Assembly (NCBI GenBank): GCA_050951545.1
Contig: JBMNJG010000009.1
Span: 1 to 64,000 of the forward strand
Length of the DNA: 64,000 bases
From: Limnochordia bacterium
GTDB taxonomy: Bacteria > Bacillota > Limnochordia > DTU080
Direction: 5' to 3'
The first letter of the stretch is position 1. Each line of letters starts with the position of its first letter. Below are positions 33,376-43,903 of this stretch, in pieces. The translations under genes and the position numbers were made by a program. A model generated the notes under the pieces. It had not been told where the DNA came from and did not search any database. It saw only the letters and a program-made list of their open reading frames with translations.

Positions 33376-34296
33376 GTGTCAACCGCAGCTGTTGAAGTCA
33401 CTGGCTTGCGCAAGCGCTACGCAGAGATCCAGGCAGTCGATGGCCTCTCCTTTGCGGTAGCTCCAGGCGAGATCTTCGGCATGCTCGGCCCCAACGGCGC
33501 CGGAAAGACCACTACCATCGAGATCATCCTCGGTCTGCGCCAAGCGGATGCGGGCACAGTGCGAGTTCTGGGCATGTCCCACGACCGGGAAGCAGCTGCC
33601 ATCAAAGCACGCATCGGTGCCCAGCTGCAGACCACCGGGATGTACCCCACGCACACCGTTCGGGAGATGCTGGAACTGTTCGCTACCTTTTTCCCCCGTC
33701 ATGTGCCTCTCACTGATCTCATCGCCAGCGTCGGCCTCGAAGAGAAGGCTGACTGTCAGGTCAGGCAGCTCTCCGGCGGCCAGCGCCAACGTCTAGCCCT
33801 GGCCTTGGCCCTGGTCAACAAACCCGAGGTGGTCTTTCTGGACGAACCGACCACAGGGCTCGACCCGCAAGCCCGGCACTCCGTATGGGAGATCATCCGC
33901 TCGCTGAAAAAAGAGGGTGTAGCCGTTCTGCTCACCACGCACTACATGGAAGAAGCGGAACAGCTATGTGACAGAGTAGCCATCATCGATAGAGGCAAGA
34001 ACATCGACATGGACTCGCCCGCTTCCCTTGTACGCAAGCACTTTTCGCATACCGTCATTGAACTCGAGCGATCCGAAGAGATGGTCCCAGATACCTTGCA
34101 GAGCTTGGCTGGCGTAGAGGAAGTGGTGTCGGGTGAGAACTGGCTCACCTTGTATTCAAGCAACATGCCAGCTACCATGGCTGCTCTTGTAGATCACGCG
34201 ACCCGGAAAGGGCAGACGCTCCAACAGATGGTGGTGCGACAGGCCTCCCTAGAGGACGTCTTCCTCAAGATCACGGGCAGATCGATCCGAGATTAG
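33376..34296 (+). CDS. ABC-2 type exporter ATP-binding protein
   Basis: GPNGAGKT, LSGGQ, FLDEPTTGLDP, TTHYMEEAE. Confidence 0.95.
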   Translation: MSTAAVEVTGLRKRYAEIQAVDGLSFAVAPGEIFGMLGPNGAGKTTTIEIILGLRQADAGTVRVLGMSHDREAAAIKARIGAQLQTTGMYPTHTVREMLELFATFFPRHVPLTDLIASVGLEEKADCQVRQLSGGQRQRLALALALVNKPEVVFLDEPTTGLDPQARHSVWEIIRSLKKEGVAVLLTTHYMEEAEQLCDRVAIIDRGKNIDMDSPASLVRKHFSHTVIELERSEEMVPDTLQSLAGVEEVVSGENWLTLYSSNMPATMAALVDHATRKGQTLQQMVVRQASLEDVFLKITGRSIRD

Positions 34297-34308
34297 GGGC
34301 GATGACCA

Positions 34309-35040
34309 GTGATGAAAGCAGCGTTTGCCATCTACAAGGCCAACTGGAGAGAGTATGTCCGCACCCCTGCTGTGCTTGCCTTCACCGTGATCATGCCCCT
34401 TGTCTTGGCGATCTTCCTCAGCCTTATCATGGGCGACCAGCCCGGCTTCACCAGCGAGTATTACCTGCCGAACATGCTGGGCGTCTCACTCATGTGGCTA
34501 GGGGTGTTCGCCACTGCTCAACCCCTCGTCGAGCAGCGTGAACAGAAGCTATTCCGCCGGATGGCCGTGACGCCGCTCTCCAGACGATCGATGCTTGCGG
34601 GACAAGTCGCCTTTCGAGTCAGCATTGGCCTGGGTCAGGCAGCGCTCTTTCTGCTGGCTGGGCGCCTCGGTTTTGGCCTATTCATACAAGGCCATCCGGG
34701 GCTGCTTATCGCGGCGACGGTCATGGGTGCTCTTGTGTTCGTCACCCTGGGTTATGTGCTTGCTGGCCTCACTCCAAACCTTGAGGCTGCCCCGTTGGTC
34801 GCCCAGCCCGTTCAGATGGGTATGATGTTCCTATCAGGTACGCTCCTGCCGAGCGCCATGCTCCCCGTCGGCGTGCGTCCTGTAGTGCATGTGGTGCCCC
34901 TCACCTATGTGGCCGATGCCCTGCGTCAGACGGTATCCGCTCTGCCGCCCCTCTACCCCCTCTGGATTGATTTCGCCGCTATGGCGGGGTGGATCGTCCT
35001 GTTCTCCTTGCTCTCCTTAGCCCTCTTTCGCTGGGAATAG
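34309..35040 (+). CDS. ABC-2 type exporter permease
   Basis: About six hydrophobic segments, MFLSG, PLTYVADALR and C-terminal FRWE. Confidence 0.92.
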   Translation: MMKAAFAIYKANWREYVRTPAVLAFTVIMPLVLAIFLSLIMGDQPGFTSEYYLPNMLGVSLMWLGVFATAQPLVEQREQKLFRRMAVTPLSRRSMLAGQVAFRVSIGLGQAALFLLAGRLGFGLFIQGHPGLLIAATVMGALVFVTLGYVLAGLTPNLEAAPLVAQPVQMGMMFLSGTLLPSAMLPVGVRPVVHVVPLTYVADALRQTVSALPPLYPLWIDFAAMAGWIVLFSLLSLALFRWE

Positions 35041-35158
35041 ACCCGGTTCTCCACCTCCAGGCGCGCTACGCAAGACAAGCCTCTGCAAAGGAAAAGCCGC
35101 CCTCTGCAGCGAAAGCGACTGCCAGGGTCACGCCCAAAAAACATGAGAGGTGGAGTCG

Positions 35159-38100
35159 ATGGACACACAGTCTTTCCTTAACCCGCCCGCTCAGTACAGG
35201 CCAATCCCCTTTTGGTCGTGGAACGATCGCCTACAGCCCGCTCGACTGCAGCAGCAAGTGCGTGCCTTTGCCAACGCTGGTATGGGTGGCTTCTTTATGC
35301 ATGCCAGGCCCGGAATGCGCACGCCCTTCCTCTCTGAGGAATGGTTTGCCGCGGTAAGCGCCAGTGTCGAAGAAGCCACCGCACACGGCTTACAGGCGTG
35401 GATCTATGATGAGTCAAGCTACCCAAGCGGCTTTGCCGGGGGATTCGTGCCCGCCAAGAGGCCAGATCTGGCTCAGAAGTGGCTGACTTGCCGCCCTGTA
35501 CAGACGGGCCCGGCCACACCCAGTGGGGCTACCCAGCTAGGCCTCTTTGGAGTCACCGACTCTACATATGTGCGTTGTGGCTCAGACACGAAAGCAACGA
35601 CGGAGGGCCGCCTTGTGCAGTTCGTGGTTGAGGCCCATCAGGGCACGGGGTGGCTCAACGGCTATCCGTATGTGGATTTGCTTCACCCCGATAGCGCTGC
35701 CACTTTCCTGGAGATAGCCTATGCTCCCTATGCTGCCCGCTACGCAGAGCAGTTTGGCGCAGAGATCCCAGGCGTCTTTACCGATGAGCCCAACATTAGC
35801 CCTGGTGGCGGTGCCCGCCTACCCTGGACCCCAGATCTGCCCCAGGCCTACCGAGAGCGCTACGGCGACGATCTGCTTGAGCGCCTGCCTGAGCTGTTCC
35901 TCGACGTAGGCCAGTACAACGCCACTCGCTACCGCTACTGGCGCTTGGTGACCCAACTCTTCATCTCCAACTGGATGAAGCCTGTCTACGATTGGTGTGA
36001 GCAGCACCACCTGCAGTTTACTGGCCATCTGTGGGAGCACGTCTTCTCCCCCATGTACTCGGGTAGCCTCATGGCACCATTTGAGTACATGCACATCCCA
36101 GGCATCGACCTTTTGGGGCGCGATGTGGCCAACGCACGTCTGCCTCAAGACACAGACGTGCCGCGACAGATGGGAGACGTGCATATGGTCAAGGTAGTGA
36201 GTAGCGTAGCCCACCAGCTCAATCGGCCGCGTGTGTTATCTGAGACCTATGGCGGCGGCGGTTGGGACATGCCCTTTGAGACGCAGAAGCGCTATGCAGA
36301 GTGGGAGTATGCGCTTGGCGTGAACCTGCTGAACCAGCACCTCAGCCACTATTCACTGCGCGGCTACCGCAAACACGACTATCCTATCTCTTTCATGGAT
36401 CACCAGCCCTGGTGGCCTGACTACCGGCTCCTTGGCGACTACTTCGGCCGCCTCAGCTACGCTCTATCCCAGGGACAGTACCACGCCGAGCTATTGATTG
36501 TGCATCCCATGGCCAGTGTCTGGGCTGAGTGGCGCCCAAGCCTACCTGCGGCGATCGCCGGAGCTGGCGATAGCCACATGCCGCGGCAACAGGCGCGCGA
36601 GCACGCCATCGATACGCTACTCAAAAACCTGTCTGCTGCCAGCTGGTCCTATGATCTCGGTGATGATCTGATCATGGAACGACACGGGTGTGTAGTGACT
36701 GAAGGTGCCGGGGCCCCCTACCTGCAAGTGGGTGCCATGCGTTACAGAGCCGTGGTGGTCCCCACGTGCACCAATCTGGCAGAAAGCACCCTGCATCTGT
36801 TGCAGGATTTCGCCGCAGCAGGCGGCCCCATCTTCCTGCTGCCGCCTCTGCCCTACCAGGTGAATGGTCAGCCTGTCAGCCTCAACGCCCTGTTCAGTCA
36901 CTGTAGTGTCGTCCACTCGCCAGCAGAGCTCGTGGCTCGCCTCGACACCGCAGAGGAGACAGGTGAATTGGCGCGGGCAGTACGCACGAGTACCTCGACG
37001 CCATGGGCCCCCATCTACCATCTGGTGCGCAAGACTGATGAAGGCGACTTCATCTTCCTGGCCAACATGGGAGACGTGCCGCATCTGGGCGAGAACATCT
37101 GGCTCTCGGGCACTGGCCCCGTAGAGCGCTGGGACCTGCGCACAGGAGCCATCGACGTGTTACCCACGTGTGCGGGGGCTGGGGGAGTGTATGTGACCCT
37201 TGATTTCGCCGAAACCGAGTCTCATCTGCTCTTTCAGCGCAAGCATCCCGACAAGCAGAGTTACCCGCTGGCACCAAACGCACTAGCTGGCAGACACCTA
37301 CCACAGACCAGTCGTGCCCAGCGTGCACTAAGCGATACCTGGGAGTTCAAGCGCCTGGATCCCAACGTGCTCGTCTTGGACCGCGCCGCGTTCTGTGTGG
37401 GTGATGGAGCCTTCTCAGAGTGCATGTTCACGCAAGAGATCGCCTGCCGACTGCGGCAGCGCTACGGTGTACCCACACACCCGATTCGAGACGTGCAGCC
37501 CTGGGTCAAGCATCCTCAGGGACCCCCGGCTTACGACGAACAGGTGGTCATCCGCTATAGTGTACAATCGGATCTGCCGCTTCCTTTCGAGCTGGATCTC
37601 GTCGTGGAAGACGCTGCAGATTTCGAGGTGTGGGTCAACGGCTATCCTGTCAGTTTTGCCACTGCCTCTTGGCTGGATCCTGCGTTTCAGCGGGTGTCAA
37701 TCAAGGAGTACTGGCTACAGGGCCGCAACACGATCACCTTGCGCTTCCGTTTCCATGAGGATCTTCCCGTAGAACCAGCCTTCTTGCTCGGCGATTTCGG
37801 CGTCAAGAGCAGTGACGGACACCACTTCTATCTCTGCCCTGAAAGTGAGAGCATCACTGGCGGCACATGGATTGGCCAGGGCTATCCTTTCTTCGTCGGC
37901 CGAGCCGTCTATAGCCAGACCCTCCAGCTCAGCGAGAGCGACTTGTCGGGTCCTGTCTGGCTGGAGCTCAGCGACGTGCCCAACGTAGCTCGTGTGCGCT
38001 GCAATGGCCAAGAGGTGGGGCCTGTTGCTTGGCGACCCTACCGCGTGGAGTTGACGAAGGGCTTGCGCCCGGGCAGCAACAAATTGGAGATCGAAGTGGC

Positions 38101-38260
38101 CAATAGTCTGCACAACGCTCTAGGGCCACTGCACATGCCGCTCCTACCAGCAACTATTGGGCCGCCACAATACACCTATCATCCGTCGTGGACTCGCGAC
38201 TACCGACTCGTGAGCGATGGCCTGGCGCACCGCCTGAGCCTGTTACTCGCCGACAGTTGA
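35159..38260 (+). CDS. GH106-like glycoside hydrolase (alpha-L-rhamnosidase family)
   Basis: FLNPPAQYRPIPFWSWN, GMGGFFMH, WIYDE..YPSGFAGG, FTDEP, SSVAHQ..SETYG. Confidence 0.85.
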   Translation: MDTQSFLNPPAQYRPIPFWSWNDRLQPARLQQQVRAFANAGMGGFFMHARPGMRTPFLSEEWFAAVSASVEEATAHGLQAWIYDESSYPSGFAGGFVPAKRPDLAQKWLTCRPVQTGPATPSGATQLGLFGVTDSTYVRCGSDTKATTEGRLVQFVVEAHQGTGWLNGYPYVDLLHPDSAATFLEIAYAPYAARYAEQFGAEIPGVFTDEPNISPGGGARLPWTPDLPQAYRERYGDDLLERLPELFLDVGQYNATRYRYWRLVTQLFISNWMKPVYDWCEQHHLQFTGHLWEHVFSPMYSGSLMAPFEYMHIPGIDLLGRDVANARLPQDTDVPRQMGDVHMVKVVSSVAHQLNRPRVLSETYGGGGWDMPFETQKRYAEWEYALGVNLLNQHLSHYSLRGYRKHDYPISFMDHQPWWPDYRLLGDYFGRLSYALSQGQYHAELLIVHPMASVWAEWRPSLPAAIAGAGDSHMPRQQAREHAIDTLLKNLSAASWSYDLGDDLIMERHGCVVTEGAGAPYLQVGAMRYRAVVVPTCTNLAESTLHLLQDFAAAGGPIFLLPPLPYQVNGQPVSLNALFSHCSVVHSPAELVARLDTAEETGELARAVRTSTSTPWAPIYHLVRKTDEGDFIFLANMGDVPHLGENIWLSGTGPVERWDLRTGAIDVLPTCAGAGGVYVTLDFAETESHLLFQRKHPDKQSYPLAPNALAGRHLPQTSRAQRALSDTWEFKRLDPNVLVLDRAAFCVGDGAFSECMFTQEIACRLRQRYGVPTHPIRDVQPWVKHPQGPPAYDEQVVIRYSVQSDLPLPFELDLVVEDAADFEVWVNGYPVSFATASWLDPAFQRVSIKEYWLQGRNTITLRFRFHEDLPVEPAFLLGDFGVKSSDGHHFYLCPESESITGGTWIGQGYPFFVGRAVYSQTLQLSESDLSGPVWLELSDVPNVARVRCNGQEVGPVAWRPYRVELTKGLRPGSNKLEIEVANSLHNALGPLHMPLLPATIGPPQYTYHPSWTRDYRLVSDGLAHRLSLLLADS

Positions 38261-38296
38261 GCCGATCACAGCAGAACGTGTGCGCAACAAACAAAC

Positions 38297-38325
38297 CACG
38301 CGGGGCAACACCTGAGCCCCGCGTG
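38297..38325. terminator. Bidirectional terminator between convergent genes
   Basis: Perfect 10-bp stem CACGCGGGGC / GCCCCGCGTG with A-rich 5' and T-rich 3' flanks. Confidence 0.8.
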
Positions 38326-38345
38326 TTCTTTATGTCTATTCAGGA

Positions 38346-39788
38346 TTACATGTCACCGAAGTCGGCCTTGAAGGCCGCGGCCAGCTTCTGCCCCCAGTCA
38401 CCGATAGGTGCCAGACGCCCGATAAAGAAGCGCAGAGCAGGCGGCTCTTGCACAAACTTCAGACCACCGATCAGCTCGCGATGCTCGTACAGCCAAGCCA
38501 AGCGGTCTACCACATACTCCATGTGAGCCATCGAGTAGACGCGTCGCGGCACGGCTAAACGCACCAACTCCAGGTCAGACGGTATATCTTCACCGTTCTC
38601 GTCTCGCTCACTGGAGACAGTACCTCGCTCCATGCCTCGCACACCGGAGACAATGTAAAAGGCGGTCACCAAAGCACCCGCAGGATACTCCTTCTGAGGA
38701 ATATGCGAGCAGAACCTCATGGCATCCACATGGCCCGCCAAGCCGCCCGGCGGCGTAACCGCTGGAATGCCCCGTTTGACCATCAGGTCTACGAGAAAGG
38801 CGATGAGATCGACTGAAGCACTGGCGGCCTCCACATCGGTCATCTCGCGCAGACCCACGGCCATAGCCTCTACTTCCTTGGACGACATGCCTCCATAAGT
38901 CAAGAAACCCTCAAAGACTGGCAGCCACTCACTGAGCTTCCTGTGATACTCCGCATTGCTCGTCGCCACCAGCCCACCACGGGCACAGGTGCTCTTGCGC
39001 CCCGACATATAGATGAGGTCGGCCTGGGCCATCATCTCCCGCACAATGTCAGCAATAGACCAATCGGCATAGGCAGAGTCGCGCTGCTTGATCATGTATG
39101 CATTCTCAGAAATCAGCGAGCAGTCAATGATCACCGGAATGCCGTGTGTTCTGGCTATCTCACGCACAGCCTTCAAGTTGGTCAGCGAGAAGGGCTGGCC
39201 ACCAATCAGATTCGTGGTCGCTTCCATCCTGACAAACGAGATGCGCTCGGCACCATGCTTGGCGATGTTCGCCTGGAGCTTGTCCAGATCAATGTTGCCC
39301 TTAAAGGGATTATCGCTTGCGGTCTGCAAGGCATCGTCACAGAAGACCTCGATTACTTTGCCACCCTGCATCTCAAAGTGGGCCTTCGAGGTAGTGAAGT
39401 GATAGTTCATCAGCTGGATGTCGCCGGGTTTGATGAACACGCGGGCCACAAGATGCTCACAGGCTCTGCCTTGATGCACAGGCAGACAGTACTTAAAGCC
39501 CATCACATCTTGAACCGCCTCTTGTAGCCGGTAGTAACTCTCTCCACCGGCATAGGCGTCATCGGCCACCATCATGGCCCCCAGCTGGTTGTCGCTCATG
39601 GCGTTCGTACCGCTATCAGTGAGCATGTCCAAGAAAACATCGCGGGTGCGCAGCAAAAACGTATTGTACCCTGCCTCTTCTATGGCCTTGATGCGGCGCG
39701 AGAGAGGTGGAAGTGTCGTCTGCTGCACCACCTTGACCTTGTGCATGTCAATGGGGATCGTCCTACCATCCGAGAGCTTCACATTCAT
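38346..39788 (-). CDS. Tryptophanase / tyrosine phenol-lyase family PLP beta-eliminating lyase
   Basis: AGYNTFLL, DMLTDSGTNAMS, HQGRACE, FKGNIDL, EGFLTYGG, GVRGMERG, RLAVPRRVY. Confidence 0.92.
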   Translation of the reverse strand: MNVKLSDGRTIPIDMHKVKVVQQTTLPPLSRRIKAIEEAGYNTFLLRTRDVFLDMLTDSGTNAMSDNQLGAMMVADDAYAGGESYYRLQEAVQDVMGFKYCLPVHQGRACEHLVARVFIKPGDIQLMNYHFTTSKAHFEMQGGKVIEVFCDDALQTASDNPFKGNIDLDKLQANIAKHGAERISFVRMEATTNLIGGQPFSLTNLKAVREIARTHGIPVIIDCSLISENAYMIKQRDSAYADWSIADIVREMMAQADLIYMSGRKSTCARGGLVATSNAEYHRKLSEWLPVFEGFLTYGGMSSKEVEAMAVGLREMTDVEAASASVDLIAFLVDLMVKRGIPAVTPPGGLAGHVDAMRFCSHIPQKEYPAGALVTAFYIVSGVRGMERGTVSSERDENGEDIPSDLELVRLAVPRRVYSMAHMEYVVDRLAWLYEHRELIGGLKFVQEPPALRFFIGRLAPIGDWGQKLAAAFKADFGDM

Positions 39789-39898
39789 GAGATCCTACCT
39801 TCCTTCCGTCCTGCATATGGCGTGCATGTCAGCATTTGCCCAGCACCCCATTACACACTACATTACCATCTCTGGCGTGATTCCATCAAGGCGACAAG

Positions 39899-41170
39899 TT
39901 AGTTTTGGGCAAGAATAGCTTTCCATTGTCGAGCTGCCTCTTCAAGCGCGGTATGAGCAGCGAGCTCGCCTTCGATGGCCAAGGAATACTGGTCAGCCCA
40001 CGCCTGAGCCACATCGACCGCTCTCGGATACACCGGGAACGGACGGCAGAAGTCCAGCGCGTCATAGACCGACTGTACCAGAGGCCAACGGCGCACATAG
40101 GCACTTACTGTCGAGCGTCGCGGTGAGATGAGACCTTGTTCGGCGTCGATATCCATCAATATCGTGGGCGAAGTCAGGGTCTTGATGAACTCCCACGCCA
40201 GCTCCTTGTTTTGACTTTGGGTATGTATAGCCAACCAGTCACTAAAAACAGCGGTCACACGGTGCTTATTGCCAGGCACTGGCAAAATCGCCCGCACGGC
40301 ACCGACCAACTCAGGAGCAACCTGATAGACCTGAGTGGCCGTCCCCCCAGCGGTCAAGGCAATGCCTGCAGCACCCCGCAAGATGGGGTCTCCCGACCCA
40401 CCGGGTAAGCTCAAACCGAAACCAGGCGGTCTGACGGCCTCTTTAAGCTGGATCAGGTACTGCAGTGTCTCCAGGCCCTCTAGCTTCTGGAACAGTGGTT
40501 CAAACCGCTCATCAAACAAGTCGCCACCGTTTTGCCACAGGTAGACCACGTAATCCTGGATTTTCCCAGAGGCACTCGCCTTGCCAGTCCAACGCGACAA
40601 GTCATAGCCCTGCCGAATTACCGAATTAGACTCCGTGAGAGTCAGTTTCTTGGCCGCTGCCAGAAGCTGTGACCATGTGGCAGGTGGATTCGCTGCATCC
40701 AGTCCACTGGTATCGAAGAAATCAGTCCTGTACCACCACAGCCTGGGAGCTACGTACAGCGGTACACCATAGTTTGTGCCCTTCCAAGTAGAGCTGCCAA
40801 ACGCTGGGGGAAAGAAGTCGGAACGGTCACGCCACGTAGCAAACTCGCGATCGAGCGGCGACACGAGATTCGTTTCCACCAGATCGAGAATGTGCTGTGC
40901 CCCATTCATGAACACATCGGGGGCCACCCCACCTGCGGTGGTGATGAGCAGCTTCTCCTGACGTGTAATCCAGTTTACCTTATCGATGAGTACTGTGACA
41001 TCATGAGCTTTCTCGAAATCGGGTAACACATTGTTATTAATGTACCTAATGGTAACGGAAGGTAGCGCCAGCTGAACACGTAACTCCTTCTTCGCCGAGG
41101 CCTGAGGTGCTGCCATGAGTATGACCAAGAGACCTAGAACCACGAATACCAGCATCTGCCGCTTGCACAA
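39899..41170 (-). CDS. ABC transporter sugar-binding protein
   Basis: Signal peptide; AGGVAPDV, YRTDFFDTSGL...PPATW, LAWEFIK; TTG start after GGAGG. Confidence 0.88.
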   Translation of the reverse strand: MCKRQMLVFVVLGLLVILMAAPQASAKKELRVQLALPSVTIRYINNNVLPDFEKAHDVTVLIDKVNWITRQEKLLITTAGGVAPDVFMNGAQHILDLVETNLVSPLDREFATWRDRSDFFPPAFGSSTWKGTNYGVPLYVAPRLWWYRTDFFDTSGLDAANPPATWSQLLAAAKKLTLTESNSVIRQGYDLSRWTGKASASGKIQDYVVYLWQNGGDLFDERFEPLFQKLEGLETLQYLIQLKEAVRPPGFGLSLPGGSGDPILRGAAGIALTAGGTATQVYQVAPELVGAVRAILPVPGNKHRVTAVFSDWLAIHTQSQNKELAWEFIKTLTSPTILMDIDAEQGLISPRRSTVSAYVRRWPLVQSVYDALDFCRPFPVYPRAVDVAQAWADQYSLAIEGELAAHTALEEAARQWKAILAQN

Positions 41171-41286
41171 AGTCAGAAACCTCCATACCTTGAGATCATC
41201 GCCCGCACGTAAGGCGAATGCATCGCACAAGAGTTCCGCCCGCTGTCCTTCCTTTCCTGCTCTGGGCCCATTGTGTCACAAATGCG

Positions 41287-41313
41287 GAAGGCGCTGCCGC
41301 TGACAGCGCCTTC
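41287..41313. terminator. Intergenic hairpin between the two SBP genes
   Basis: GAAGGCGCTG-ccgctga-CAGCGCCTTC perfect 10-bp stem; weak U-tract. Confidence 0.5.
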
Positions 41314-41343
41314 CTACAACCACAGACAATGACTCCCTGTTGT

Positions 41344-42642
41344 CTACTGGCCTCGTTTGGCCCAGTACTCATTCAAGATCGCCTGCATCTGACCTGAGGC
41401 CTGCTTCATAGACTCTTGCGCCGAGACAGCACCGGAGAGTACTCTGTTGATACTGCTACCCATGACTGATGACATCTGCCCAAACGTCGGCCAGTACTCA
41501 AAGTCGCGAGCGTACCCTTGCCCATAGAGGATGTTGATAATGAAGCTTTGCACCTCATTGCGCTGGGACTCAGGCAAGAGCTGATTGTAGACATCCCAGT
41601 GTCGCCGGATGGGCATGGTCGGAGGTGTACGTTGCGAAGCCGACCAGATGAAGTCGCAAGCCTCGCTCCCTAACCACTCCGCCAGTTTCCACGCTTGATC
41701 GGGACGGGGGTGATTGGACGGGATCGACCACAGATGGCCTTGTGCAAAGTGCCCTTGATCCTGGGGCGCTTTCGGGTAGGTCGTAAAGCGCCAGCGGAAA
41801 GGCTCGACGCCCTGCTGCATCAGCTTGACGATATTCTGTGTTTCGGTAGACCAGGTCTGCCAAAAGGCCAAATCGCCTGTGCCCATGAACGTAGCCCCTG
41901 AGCGCCGTGGATACTGGCTCGAGGGAGCAACATGAAGGTCTTGGATGAGCTCACGCCAGTACTCCAGCATCGCCACCGAGCCGGGTGAATCGACGAGTAC
42001 TCTACGCTGACTCTTGTCTATCCATCGGTGCCCGGCCCAGTTCTCCAACCACTGGATCGCGTGGGCCCCGGAAAGGGGATTCGCGGTGCCAAAGATCTGC
42101 TCTTCGGGCCGAGCTACCTTGCGTGATGCAGTGCGCAAGTCATCGACTGTCCAGTCGTACCCAGGGAAGGCCACTCCAGCCTCATCCAGCAGTTCCATGT
42201 TGACGATCCACAGTGTCGAGTTGAACCCCCAAGGCGTGCCCCACAGGCGGCCCTGGTAGGTGATGTTGTCTTTGATAACCGGAAAGAACCTGTCCAAGCG
42301 CATGATCTTGCTCTTGTTAACGCGGTCAGTCAGATCGAGCAGCATGCCGTCTTCGACAAACAATGATTTGTATTGCGCCCAAGTAAGGAAGACATCGGGT
42401 GCGGCACCGGCAGCATAGCGCACCTGCACTTTGGCGATGTACTCGCCGTAGGGAACGATCTCGAACTCCATCTCGTACTCGGGATTATCCTCCTCAAACC
42501 CCTCTTTGACTAGATTAAAGAAGTACTCCTGATCCGGAGTACCGTACATCATGAGTGTGAGCTTCGTTTTCGCACCCGAAACTGTGCCCACCATAAGAAC
42601 ACACAGCAACAACACCAGCCAGTAGCAACCGCGACTCTTCAT
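41344..42642 (-). CDS. ABC transporter sugar-binding protein
   Basis: Signal peptide; AAGAAPDVF, NMELLDEAGV..P..DWT, AWKLAEWL. Confidence 0.88.
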   Translation of the reverse strand: MKSRGCYWLVLLLCVLMVGTVSGAKTKLTLMMYGTPDQEYFFNLVKEGFEEDNPEYEMEFEIVPYGEYIAKVQVRYAAGAAPDVFLTWAQYKSLFVEDGMLLDLTDRVNKSKIMRLDRFFPVIKDNITYQGRLWGTPWGFNSTLWIVNMELLDEAGVAFPGYDWTVDDLRTASRKVARPEEQIFGTANPLSGAHAIQWLENWAGHRWIDKSQRRVLVDSPGSVAMLEYWRELIQDLHVAPSSQYPRRSGATFMGTGDLAFWQTWSTETQNIVKLMQQGVEPFRWRFTTYPKAPQDQGHFAQGHLWSIPSNHPRPDQAWKLAEWLGSEACDFIWSASQRTPPTMPIRRHWDVYNQLLPESQRNEVQSFIINILYGQGYARDFEYWPTFGQMSSVMGSSINRVLSGAVSAQESMKQASGQMQAILNEYWAKRGQ

Positions 42643-42915
42643 CCTCCATCCTCCTCAGCGCATAATACGGCCATAGGCGCCGTCGCGTACTCCTGCCTGC
42701 ATCAGCCAAGCTGCTTCGACCTCACGCAACCACCGTTTTCCTTTGTGCCTAATGGGGCAGTTCAATGCAAGGCCTTGCCGTTCCTTCTGTCTCAGGTGAT
42801 AGAGCCTGAGGCTTCCTGCGGCCATCCCCAGAAGCGGCCTTCACGGCGCAGGAGTCGCGGATGCCTGTGCGGAATTGTTGGGACAAGGAGAATATGGCGC
42901 ACTGGAGGGCAGCGC

Positions 42916-43902
42916 ATGACATCACGTGAGATCATTCTGCGCAATATCACTCACAGTAACCCCGAACGGCCTGGTCTGAACTTTAGTCGGGGTCGCTTGA
43001 ACGATTTCCGCGGTGCCGGCGTGGGAGCCTCAGCCCACTGGCAGGAGAAGCGGTGGGTCGAGGGTGACGTCGAGTACTATGACGATGAATGGGGCAACAT
43101 CTGGCACCGCTTCGTCTACGGCTCCAAAGGTGGAGAGATCTATCGTCCGGCCATTGAGGACTGGGCGCAGCTCAAAGATCTGCGTGTACCCGATTTCGAT
43201 AATCCGGCCCGCTTTGCGCGCATGCGCACCATTTTCACAGACGAGACCTCGAAGTTCAGGCTGGCCAGCATCCCTGGGTGGGTCTTTGCTACCTCACGCT
43301 ACTTGCGCAAAATGGAGATCTACTTCATGGACCTGCTGATTGAGCGGGATCACATTGAAGAACTACACGAGATTGTCACCAGTCTCTACGAACGCGTCAT
43401 CATCCAGTGCGCCAAAGCTGGTGCTGATGGCATCTTCTTTTGTGAGGATCTCGGCACTCAGGAAAGGGTACTCATCGGTCCACCCATGTGGCGCGAGATC
43501 TTTGCTCCTCACTACCGCCGCCTATGTGGTACGGCTCATGCACACGGCCTCAAGGTCATCATGCACTCGTGCGGTTACAACTGGGAGCTGATCGATGATC
43601 TCATCGACAACGGTATTGACTGTCTCCAGTTTGATCAGCCCGCCGCCTATGACCAAGTAGCCCTGCCAGCCAAGCTCAGAGAACGCAAGGTTGGGCTGTG
43701 GTCACCAGTAGACATCCAGAAGATCATGCCTACAGGCGACAGAAAGCTTATCGAAAGCGAAGCCCGGCGCATGGTGCAGACCTACCAAGGCGGCTTGATA
43801 ATGAAAAACTACGGCGACATCGCGGGGATCGGCATCAAAGAAGAGTGGGATGATTGGGCCTACCATGCCATCCTTGAGGCTATCGGCATTGACAGCCCGT
43901 AG
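42916..43902 (+). CDS. Uroporphyrinogen decarboxylase / MtaA-CmuA methyltransferase-like protein
   Basis: MTSRE start, DEWG, EDLGTQ...IGPPMWRE, MHSCG, VDIQ. Confidence 0.85.
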   Translation: MTSREIILRNITHSNPERPGLNFSRGRLNDFRGAGVGASAHWQEKRWVEGDVEYYDDEWGNIWHRFVYGSKGGEIYRPAIEDWAQLKDLRVPDFDNPARFARMRTIFTDETSKFRLASIPGWVFATSRYLRKMEIYFMDLLIERDHIEELHEIVTSLYERVIIQCAKAGADGIFFCEDLGTQERVLIGPPMWREIFAPHYRRLCGTAHAHGLKVIMHSCGYNWELIDDLIDNGIDCLQFDQPAAYDQVALPAKLRERKVGLWSPVDIQKIMPTGDRKLIESEARRMVQTYQGGLIMKNYGDIAGIGIKEEWDDWAYHAILEAIGIDSP

Positions 43903-43903
43903 A

